Origin: Eubacteriales bacterium
GTDB lineage: Bacteria; Bacillota; Clostridia; Oscillospirales; CAG-272
Assembly (NCBI GenBank): GCA_045611965.1
Contig: JAZKYE010000005.1
Location: 836 to 64,835, forward strand
DNA length: 64,000 nucleotides
Direction: 5' to 3'
Positions 19,466-27,250 of the stretch are shown here, in pieces. The notes under the pieces were generated by a model that saw only the letters and a program-made list of their open reading frames with translations, searched no databases and was not told the DNA's origin. Positions within the stretch are counted from its first letter, which is position 1. Each line of letters begins with the position of its first letter. The translations under genes were made by a program, and so were the position numbers.

Positions 19466-20023
19466 ATGGACGATAGTAAGATAATTGAATTGTTCTACGA
19501 GCGCTCGGAACAAGCAATCGTTGAGTTATCGAAAAAGTATGGAGATACTTGTCATAAAATCGCCGTCAATATTCTGAAGAACGATTCTGATGCCGAGGAA
19601 TGTGTCAACGATACCTATTTAGGAGCATGGAACACTATACCGCCTCAAAAGCCTAATCCCTTACTTACCTATATTTGTCGCATTGTTCGGAACATATCAA
19701 TCAAGCGTTATCATCAAAATACCGCAAAGAAGCGTAACAGCTACTATGACGTGGCTCTCCACGAGCTCGAAAACTGCTTGCCATCTGCAACAACTGTGCA
19801 GGACGAGGTAAACGCGGGCGAGCTCGCCGAGCTGCTTGATGATTTTCTTGACGGATTGGATAAAACCAATCGTGTTATGTTTGTAAGGCGTTATTGGTTT
19901 TCAGATTGCATTTCGGATATTGCGGCAATGTTCAAAATGAGCAACCACGCCGTAACTGTCCGTCTTTCTCGTACAAGAGAAAAGCTCAGGCAGTATCTAA
20001 CTCAAAGAGGAGTCACAGTATGA
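19466..20023 (+). CDS. ECF RNA polymerase sigma factor
   Basis: MDDSKIIELFYERSEQAI, DAEECVNDTYLGAWNTIPP, FVRRYW, VRLSRTREKLR. Confidence 0.9.
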   Translation: MDDSKIIELFYERSEQAIVELSKKYGDTCHKIAVNILKNDSDAEECVNDTYLGAWNTIPPQKPNPLLTYICRIVRNISIKRYHQNTAKKRNSYYDVALHELENCLPSATTVQDEVNAGELAELLDDFLDGLDKTNRVMFVRRYWFSDCISDIAAMFKMSNHAVTVRLSRTREKLRQYLTQRGVTV

Positions 20024-21270
20024 AAAGAGAAAAAATATCTGAAGCTATGGGACTTATAAGTTCCCGTCATATCGAAGAAGCGGCAGAGCTTAAGGAAGAA
20101 GAAAAGCCCCAACGAAATAAGAATGCTTGGATGAAATGGGTGTCAGTTGCAGCTTGTTTTTGCTTAATAATCACGTGTGTACTTGCAGCCCATCAAATGG
20201 GATTGCTCGGCAATAATAAGCTTGACGAGCCTCAGCGCGGCGAAAACGCCCCCGACAACAATTTCGATGGAAAGCCTCCCGACATTAACAACGGTGAAAT
20301 CAATGATATATTCAGTATCGCCAATGGTTCACTATATTTGGAAATCTATGACGCTTATACAATCCCTAACGAAGCAGACATTATTACGATTTATCTTAGC
20401 GAATGTAAAGGAAACAGCGCAGTATTCTTCCGTTCATCGAATAAAATTGCCGATCAAGTTATCCGGCGTATCGAATCCACAGACGGCAAGCAAGTGGCAA
20501 CTAATAATAACGGTGTATTTACATTCGATTTGCTTGACGAACAAGATTTCGTTGCACTAAACCTATACTTTGATGCCGGAACGTTCAAAAAAAGTGTAGA
20601 AATTAACGGCGGCACGGGTGGAAACGAGGATGTTAATTACGATCCTAACGCCCCCGTAGATGAAGATGTGACGGATGACAATACTTCCACTACAACCGCA
20701 ATCCCTGCAACCGTATATTTTGAATGTTCTGCAATACTTCCCGATCGTGGATACGATGAGATACACTTCTCTTGTGTTTTGTCTACGATTACCAATGAGC
20801 CTAAAGTAAACATTTTTGGAACTACCGACAATCTTGAAGAAGCAATAAATGCGGTTGGATTACAGGCAATTCTTCTGTTTGAAGAATATACTCCTACAAA
20901 TATTGTGTATAGCAAGTCAAACAATAGTACACATGTGATGTACCAATACGGCGTAAACGCAACCGTCACTGTACGTATCTATGAATATTACAATATCAAT
21001 TATACGCTTGAAACCTTTGTGTATTCAACCAACGCAATTGATTATGATCTGTACCCGTGGGCTACCGAAACAGCACGAGAAAAAGACGGACTGCCGTATA
21101 GCCTTCACGTTTGCTACAAAAACGATGATGAATCGAAATCCGAAATAGCCGTGCTTAACTACACAGGAGATGGTAACAACATTTTCTTCGTAGTTCAGTT
21201 TGATCTTTTTGGTGAAGATGTAAAACACGATGTTAAGCTTCTGCTGGAACAAATGGAACTTATTAAATAA
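20020..21270 (+). CDS. Putative transmembrane anti-sigma factor
   Basis: ATGA overlap with the sigma gene; ISEAMGLISSRHIEEA, then WMKWVSVAACFCLI TM helix and a large extracellular region. Confidence 0.75.
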   Translation: MKREKISEAMGLISSRHIEEAAELKEEEKPQRNKNAWMKWVSVAACFCLIITCVLAAHQMGLLGNNKLDEPQRGENAPDNNFDGKPPDINNGEINDIFSIANGSLYLEIYDAYTIPNEADIITIYLSECKGNSAVFFRSSNKIADQVIRRIESTDGKQVATNNNGVFTFDLLDEQDFVALNLYFDAGTFKKSVEINGGTGGNEDVNYDPNAPVDEDVTDDNTSTTTAIPATVYFECSAILPDRGYDEIHFSCVLSTITNEPKVNIFGTTDNLEEAINAVGLQAILLFEEYTPTNIVYSKSNNSTHVMYQYGVNATVTVRIYEYYNINYTLETFVYSTNAIDYDLYPWATETAREKDGLPYSLHVCYKNDDESKSEIAVLNYTGDGNNIFFVVQFDLFGEDVKHDVKLLLEQMELIK

Positions 21271-21317
21271 GTTGTCTATTTCGACTGCATTTATCAGAGA
21301 ATATTGAGGATCAAGAA

Positions 21318-21749
21318 ATGAAAAAGACAATATCTATCCTTCTGCTCGTAGTAACGCTGATTTTCGCACTATCCGCTTGCGGAATGGGAAAACCCAAAAT
21401 CGAAGATTACAAGTGGAAAATGCGGACGATTATGCACATTGAAGATAATCAATCTGTTTATGATGCGGCGGCAGAAGAAAGCAGCACCCACCCCGAAGCG
21501 AAAATTATTGAAATGACTCTCGTAGCGAAGGACGGTAAGATTACGATTACCGATGTTACGAACGGCAAGACCTACGAAGGAACTTATACCGTGTCGGGCA
21601 GAAATCCCGAAGGAACGGACTATCATATCACGATAGACGGCAAATCGGGATATGCAACGGTTGCTATGACTACATACGCAGACGGCTCGGAAGAACCGAC
21701 CTTGCCCATTAGCCTTGACGGTTATTCGATGTATTTCTACGCTGAATAA
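21318..21749 (+). CDS. Hypothetical lipoprotein
   Basis: Signal peptide with lipobox LSAC. Confidence 0.7.
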   Translation: MKKTISILLLVVTLIFALSACGMGKPKIEDYKWKMRTIMHIEDNQSVYDAAAEESSTHPEAKIIEMTLVAKDGKITITDVTNGKTYEGTYTVSGRNPEGTDYHITIDGKSGYATVAMTTYADGSEEPTLPISLDGYSMYFYAE

Positions 21750-21850
21750 GGCATTTTCCCGTATTTATTACTTGTCACATAGATGTCACGCCGTTATATC
21801 TTGTCTTTCCGCAGGTTGCGTAGTAAAATTATAGCGGAGGTGATCTCAAT

Positions 21851-22363
21851 ATGGAATTAAAAGATAGACTCAAAGAACTCAGAGCAAAAGCTAACTTCAC
21901 ACAAGAGGACTTGGCAAATCAAATTTTTGTGTCGCGCACTCTCGTATCCAAGTGGGAGTCAGGCGACCGTTATCCGAGTAAAGATAATCTCGCTCGACTT
22001 GCTGTTCTGTTCCAAATACCGCAAGATGAACTTATCGGCGGTCAGAAGGAAAAGGACAAATATAACAAGTACAATATCATCAGCATTGCATATTCGTCGG
22101 TATGCGGTGTTATGACTCTTGGTTTGGTTGTTATGATGATTATAGCGGTCGTGGAAAGACTGACGATCAATGACGGTTGGACAGGTATCGGCGGTTTTAT
22201 GATATCCATTGTTTTCGTTCTGCCGTTCATTCTTGGCTTGTTGCTTTTTGAAGCAATCACACTAAAGAAGAAAAACGGATATAAGACAATGGAACTGTAT
22301 AGCTTGTTTACGCTAATCCTCGTGTGGTTGCTATCAATACCGACATATCTTTATGTGATATAA
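21851..22363 (+). CDS. XRE-family HTH protein with about 3 C-terminal TM helices
   Basis: LKELRAKANFTQEDLANQIFVSRTLVSKWESGDRYP; RBS GGAGGTGA. Confidence 0.85.
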   Translation: MELKDRLKELRAKANFTQEDLANQIFVSRTLVSKWESGDRYPSKDNLARLAVLFQIPQDELIGGQKEKDKYNKYNIISIAYSSVCGVMTLGLVVMMIIAVVERLTINDGWTGIGGFMISIVFVLPFILGLLLFEAITLKKKNGYKTMELYSLFTLILVWLLSIPTYLYVI

Positions 22364-22390
22364 GAGTTTAACAAAATGGAGGTCAACACA

Positions 22391-23707
22391 ATGAAGAAAA
22401 TTATATCTTTAATACTTATTTTAACAATGTGTCTCGCTTTTTCATCCTGCGCGTTAAATCCCGAGAATTATTCTTTGGCACTTGCCGCGAAGGCGGTGGA
22501 TATAAGACACTCCGATGCCGAACAAGAAGGCTATGAGAAATTCATTGATAAATTGGATGCCTTTGCTGCCAAGCTGACCTACGAGGTCTATGCAGACAGT
22601 AACAAGCAAACGAATATTTGCATTTCACCCGTGTCGGTCTACATGGCACTCGCTCTTGCAATCGAGTGCGCGAATGGCGAAACAAGGGATGAAATACTGA
22701 ACGCTGTGGGTGTTACCTACGATGAGGTAAGGAATTTTACCAAGGCACTATATGCCTTCTCAAACCGCGAGTATTACTACACAAATATGCAGGGAAGCGA
22801 GATGATTCTCGCGTTTGATGAGCTAGCAAATTCCATTTGGGTAGACAAGAATACTACTCTCAAGGAAGATGGTATAAACAATATTGCGGGTAACTTTAAC
22901 TGTGACGTCTTTAGCGTGAACTTTAAGACGAGTGAGGGCGAGAGGGCAATTAACGCTTATATCAAGGAAAAAACACACGGAATTATTGATGGTGACATAG
23001 AGCTATCACCCGAGACCTTGATTACGCTTATAAATACATTCTATCTCAAAGAGGTTTGGAACGAGGATGGCGACGAGCTTAAGCTTACGGATAGGGCTTA
23101 TGATTTCAAAAACGCAGACGGAAGTGTGACGAACACAAGGCTGCTTCAAAGCTATTATTTTAACGGAAATATCTACGAGGGAGAGGGATATACCTCTTTC
23201 TACACAAGAACTGAGCACGACTTTGATATCAAGTTTATCGTTCCTACCGACGGACATACTCTTGCGGAGGTATTTACCTCGGATAACATTTACAAGATCA
23301 ACAATCTCGGGGATTACGGATATATTGACGAGGAAAACAAGCTTTTGCATAATACAAGAGTATTTTTTCCGAAATACAAAGCTACCTTTGACGGTGATCT
23401 TGCCGAAATACTCAAAAACGATTTTGGTATCAACAATCTGTTTGATTTTAAGCAATGCGATTTTTCTAATGTAACCGATGAGCAGCTCGCTTGCGACGGC
23501 GTTATCCATAAGTGTAGCATCGACGTGAATGATAAGGGTATCGAGGGTGCGGCAGTTACTGTTATGCCTATGTGTGGCTCAGCAGGTCCTCTTGAGGGCT
23601 ATGAAAGGGTATATCGCGACTATATCGTTGACAGAGCCTTCGGGTTTGTCATTACCGATAGTTATGGCGCAGTGCTTTTTTCAGGAGTTGTAAATAGCGT
23701 GAATTGA
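22391..23707 (+). CDS. Serpin-family lipoprotein
   Basis: Lipobox FSSC; NICISPVSVYMALAL, ANSIW, LINTFYLKEVW, IDVNDKGIEGAAVT hinge, VDRAFGFVI...VLFSGVV. Confidence 0.9.
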   Translation: MKKIISLILILTMCLAFSSCALNPENYSLALAAKAVDIRHSDAEQEGYEKFIDKLDAFAAKLTYEVYADSNKQTNICISPVSVYMALALAIECANGETRDEILNAVGVTYDEVRNFTKALYAFSNREYYYTNMQGSEMILAFDELANSIWVDKNTTLKEDGINNIAGNFNCDVFSVNFKTSEGERAINAYIKEKTHGIIDGDIELSPETLITLINTFYLKEVWNEDGDELKLTDRAYDFKNADGSVTNTRLLQSYYFNGNIYEGEGYTSFYTRTEHDFDIKFIVPTDGHTLAEVFTSDNIYKINNLGDYGYIDEENKLLHNTRVFFPKYKATFDGDLAEILKNDFGINNLFDFKQCDFSNVTDEQLACDGVIHKCSIDVNDKGIEGAAVTVMPMCGSAGPLEGYERVYRDYIVDRAFGFVITDSYGAVLFSGVVNSVN

Positions 23708-23800
23708 TGTGTACGGCTGTTGTGCTATCGCTTAAGTCTAAAAAAGCTAAAAAGATATTTTCAGTGCAGCGCTTACGCGATTTGAGCTTTCACCCCAAAT

Positions 23801-23970
23801 CACGGCAAAGCCGTGTATCAGAGCCGTGCATATCATCAATGTAAAGCATTGGATATCACCAAAACGAAGTTTTATATATCATAAAGTAGCAGGGGATGCA
23901 CGCTTCGCGTGATGATATGCCAAGCCTTTTGCTTGGATAAAAAACGACAGGTCGAAACCTGTCGTTTTTT
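23801..23970. repeat. Array of short hairpins linked by ATATCAYC / GATGATAT spacers, ending in the tRNA terminator
   Basis: CACGGC-aaa-GCCGTG, CAATG-taaag-CATTG, AAAAC-gaa-GTTTT, CACGC-ttc-GCGTG, CCAAGC-ctttt-GCTTGG, AAAAAACGACAGGT-cgaa-ACCTGTCGTTTTTT. Confidence 0.7.
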
Positions 23971-24046
23971 TGGTCGAAGTGGCGGGACTCGAACTCGCGG
24001 CCTCCAGTACCCGAAACTGGCGCGCTACCAACTGCGCTACACCTCG
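23971..24046 (-). tRNA. tRNA-Pro (anticodon CGG)
   Basis: CGAGGTGTAGCGCAGTTGGTAGCGCG-CCAGT-TTCGGGT-ACTGG-AGGCCGCGAGTTCGAGTCCCGCCACTTCGACCA, 76 nt with encoded CCA; promoter TTGACT-17-TAAAAT at 24110-24082. Confidence 0.95.
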
Positions 24047-24316
24047 CTATGCTTTGCTGATTTTCAAAATCAGCGCATATTATTTTATCACACCTTTTGA
24101 TAAAAGTCAAGGGTATATTGGGGATTTTTTAATAGTGCAAAAAGCAAAGGGGGGAATACATTGAGTCAAAGTGCGTCGAGGGGGCATTGTATCGGCATCG
24201 AGCAGGCGTTGCGTCGGCATAGCTGACACGTGGGGCAGAGGAAAAAATAAGAGCAAAAGCAGAAGGATTTTGCACCTTTTGTTTTTGCTCTTTTGCTCTT
24301 ATGCTATTTCGGTATT

Positions 24317-25468
24317 TTAAAAATCAATCTCTCTGCCTTCGAGTGCGGCAAGGCCTACGCGGAAGGCTCTTGCGGCAATGAGCTTATCGTCCTCGTTGTC
24401 GCCCTCAAGAAGGGGAAGAAGATTTCTGAAAAGCTCGCCCTTTACACTCATATCGCGCTTGAAGCTCTCTGTGCCGTAGAGAGGCAGGGTTTTGTCCACT
24501 ATATCAAAATAGTAAAGACCGAATGCCTCACACTCAAAGTTCTTCGGTACGATAAATCTTGGGTCAAGATAGCCCACAAGCTCAACCTTGAGGGCGGTTT
24601 CGATGCCGTACTTTTTCTCGGAAATAAGACGGCTTATGCGGTTGATTATCTCATTGTACTTGTCAACACCCGTGATGTCTATAACCTCGGTGTAGTGACG
24701 CATATGTCCGAATGCGTGACGTCTTACGTCGATAGAGGTCGCACCCTCACCCGTTTCGATGATAATGAGGTTCGCACCACCGAGACCGGGGTTTTCAAAG
24801 CCCGTGCATTCAAGCGAGCCGGAGTAGGTGTAGAGCGCACCGCCGACCTTAACCGTTTCACTCATATCATGGCGAGAGCCGAATGCGTAGTAGTCAGCGC
24901 CAAAGCTTTTGAGGTCGTCCATCGTGACGGGGCACTTGTCAGAGCCGACGAGCGCGTCAAGGTCTGCATAGCCTGCAACGATATTAATTCTCGACGTATC
25001 GTCAACACGGCGCTGATAGAGGGGATTTTCGCGCATAACGGGCTCGGTAAATGCCCACGAGTAAACCGTGAGGTTAAGCTCGTCGTAGTCAATTCTGGTG
25101 AGGTTAGGCGTAGCAACGACCTTTACGTTGTCAGGAAGTCTGCCCGAGGTGTAAATCGGGTTGCCGTTATAGTAATCGCTCTTTCCGGGGGTGATTATAA
25201 ACTGCGTATCAGGGCAGGAACGGAATTCGCGTATCAGCACCTCGGCGGTGGTATTAGTAGCGTAGTCGGTGTCAAACAAATCACCGCAGATGAGCACGAT
25301 GTCAATGCCTCTGTTCTGCACGTACTGCATAAGGCGCACGAAGCTCTCACGAAGCTGACGGCGGCGCTCTTCGCTTTTTTCGGCAGACAGCCCGATATAG
25401 GGCGTGTCAAGGTGAATATCCGAGCATTGAAGAAGCTTTATGTGCTTTTTTATCTGATTTTCGCTCAT
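24317..25468 (-). CDS. SbcD/Mre11-like metallophosphoesterase (DNA repair exonuclease)
   Basis: SDIHLD, GDLFD, PGKSD, DYYAFGSRH, YSGSLE; several usual His positions appear substituted. Confidence 0.8.
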   Translation of the reverse strand: MSENQIKKHIKLLQCSDIHLDTPYIGLSAEKSEERRRQLRESFVRLMQYVQNRGIDIVLICGDLFDTDYATNTTAEVLIREFRSCPDTQFIITPGKSDYYNGNPIYTSGRLPDNVKVVATPNLTRIDYDELNLTVYSWAFTEPVMRENPLYQRRVDDTSRINIVAGYADLDALVGSDKCPVTMDDLKSFGADYYAFGSRHDMSETVKVGGALYTYSGSLECTGFENPGLGGANLIIIETGEGATSIDVRRHAFGHMRHYTEVIDITGVDKYNEIINRISRLISEKKYGIETALKVELVGYLDPRFIVPKNFECEAFGLYYFDIVDKTLPLYGTESFKRDMSVKGELFRNLLPLLEGDNEDDKLIAARAFRVGLAALEGREIDF

Positions 25469-25632
25469 ATGTTTTCTCCAAAAAATATTTTGATATTTTA
25501 AGTATATCATCAAATGTTATCTTTTGCAATATTTTTTTGAAAAAAGGGATAAAATCTCTTGAACTTTAATAAGAAATATGCTATAATGCTATACATAAAT
25601 CAGGGCAGAAACCAAAGAGAGGGGGTATATCT

Positions 25633-27156
25633 ATGCTTGCTTTAGCAGTAAGAAATACGGCAAAGCTCGTGCGCGAGCATTCACAGCGTGACGGTGTCAG
25701 GCTCGGCAGACTTTTCACCAAAAAGGATACGGCAAGGCTTATGGCGGATATGCTTAAGCTCTCGGACACCAAGACCTCGTACACCGTGCTTGACGCAGGG
25801 GCCGGAACGGGTATCCTTTCGGGCGCTGTAATTGACGCGATATGTAAGCGCGCACCGCAGGCAAAGGACATCTTCCTCACCTGCTACGAGTCCGACAGGA
25901 AATTTCTGCCTATGCTTGAGGACAACCTTGAGCGTATGAGAAAGAAATGCCGCCACGACTACGGCGTGCGTCTTTACTACACTGTTCTTGATGAGAATTA
26001 TCTCACCGACTACAAAAACCACTATGCCGTAACCTTTTACGGAAACGTAGAGGACAAGTTTGATATTATCATAACCAATCCGCCACAGCACCTTATTGAA
26101 AAGGGCTCTGCCGAGGCAGAGGCGGCAGGGGGAATTACCTCTGTGTCGCTGTCGGCTGCATATCTTTTCGTGCGTGTTGCAAGCAAGCATCTTGAGGATG
26201 GCGGTCAGCTTGTATGCGTGCTTCCGACCACGGTTGCCACAGCATCGGCTCTCACCGATTTCAGACGCGATATGGCAAACCGACTTTCGGTAAGACGTGT
26301 TCACCTTTTCGTCGGCGCATCCAAGAATGCGAAGCGCGCCATACCCCTGAAGAAGAACCTCGTTATCTGCTATGAGAACAGTGCAGAGCATACCGACGTG
26401 CAGATTTCCGCTTCGGTTGACTCAGGCTCGCAGAGCGGCACGTCCTTACTGCCGCCGCTTCCGTACGACTTCGTTATCAGCGACAAGGACGGCACTATGA
26501 CCTTGCCAAGAAACCTTGAAGAAACAAGGATTGTCAAATACATAGGCTGCTTCCCTGAAACTCTCGCATCATTAGGGCTCAAAATGTCAACAGGACTTGT
26601 TATTGATTCCAAATGCGACAGAATTCTGCTTGATGACGAGCGCCCCGGCACGATACCGATTATCCGCACCTCGACGATGCGCGGCGGTAGGATATTCTTC
26701 CCTGCGCCGAATACGAAAAAGCAGTATCTTCTGCCTATTGAGGCATCGTTGTTCCAACGCAACAAGAATATGATAATCGTAAAGCGCGTGCCTGCCAAGA
26801 GTGACGAGAGATTTCTTAACTGCGCGATATACGTCGCTACGATGCGTCCGCAGAATCAGTACGTGACTACGCACAACAAGGTCAACTTTATCGACACCAA
26901 GGACTCAAAGGACGAGATGTCTATTCGTCTTGCTCTCGGACTTTTTGCGCTTCTTAACTCTACTATCTACGATAGATACCTTAGCATTACCTCAAAGTCA
27001 AAGCAGATAAACTCAAAGGAAATGCGTGAGCTTCCGTTGCCGCCTAAGTATCTTATCGAGAATATCGGTTCAAGGCTTCTTGCAGGAAATGATTTGAGTG
27101 TGCGTGCTTGCGATGCTATTGTAAATCCTACTTTACATATAACTGAAAGAAACTAA
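25633..27156 (+). CDS. BsuBI/PstI-like N6-adenine DNA methyltransferase homolog with degenerate catalytic motif
   Basis: VLDAGAGTG (motif I), FDIIITNPPQ (motif IV variant), GGQLVCVLP, LGLKMSTG, LLNSTIYDRY; promoter TTGAAC-17-TATAAT at 25559-25587. Confidence 0.8.
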   Translation: MLALAVRNTAKLVREHSQRDGVRLGRLFTKKDTARLMADMLKLSDTKTSYTVLDAGAGTGILSGAVIDAICKRAPQAKDIFLTCYESDRKFLPMLEDNLERMRKKCRHDYGVRLYYTVLDENYLTDYKNHYAVTFYGNVEDKFDIIITNPPQHLIEKGSAEAEAAGGITSVSLSAAYLFVRVASKHLEDGGQLVCVLPTTVATASALTDFRRDMANRLSVRRVHLFVGASKNAKRAIPLKKNLVICYENSAEHTDVQISASVDSGSQSGTSLLPPLPYDFVISDKDGTMTLPRNLEETRIVKYIGCFPETLASLGLKMSTGLVIDSKCDRILLDDERPGTIPIIRTSTMRGGRIFFPAPNTKKQYLLPIEASLFQRNKNMIIVKRVPAKSDERFLNCAIYVATMRPQNQYVTTHNKVNFIDTKDSKDEMSIRLALGLFALLNSTIYDRYLSITSKSKQINSKEMRELPLPPKYLIENIGSRLLAGNDLSVRACDAIVNPTLHITERN

Positions 27157-27250
27157 TATTCAGAACTATTAAAAAGAACAGATTAGGTTGCAAAAAGCAC
27201 CCGAGTCTGTTCTTTACTAATGCAAAGAAAAAAGGGAAGGGGGATACCGT

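Larger units (their letters stand above)
14921..23908. mobile_element. Putative tRNA-Pro-associated genomic islet without integrase
   Basis: Bounded by direct repeats of the tRNA 3' end; mixed accessory genes; parts look more AT-rich than the housekeeping region (by eye). Confidence 0.55.

Noticed and set aside
23801..23940. CRISPR array
   Set aside because: Units are about 20-25 bp, the variable parts are self-complementary hairpins, and no cas genes are in the window
24293..25501. 402-aa plus-strand ORF and other long antisense ORFs (e.g. 8839-9714, 10090-11058, 17136-17900)
   Set aside because: They are shadows of well-supported genes on the opposite strand and show no recognisable motifs
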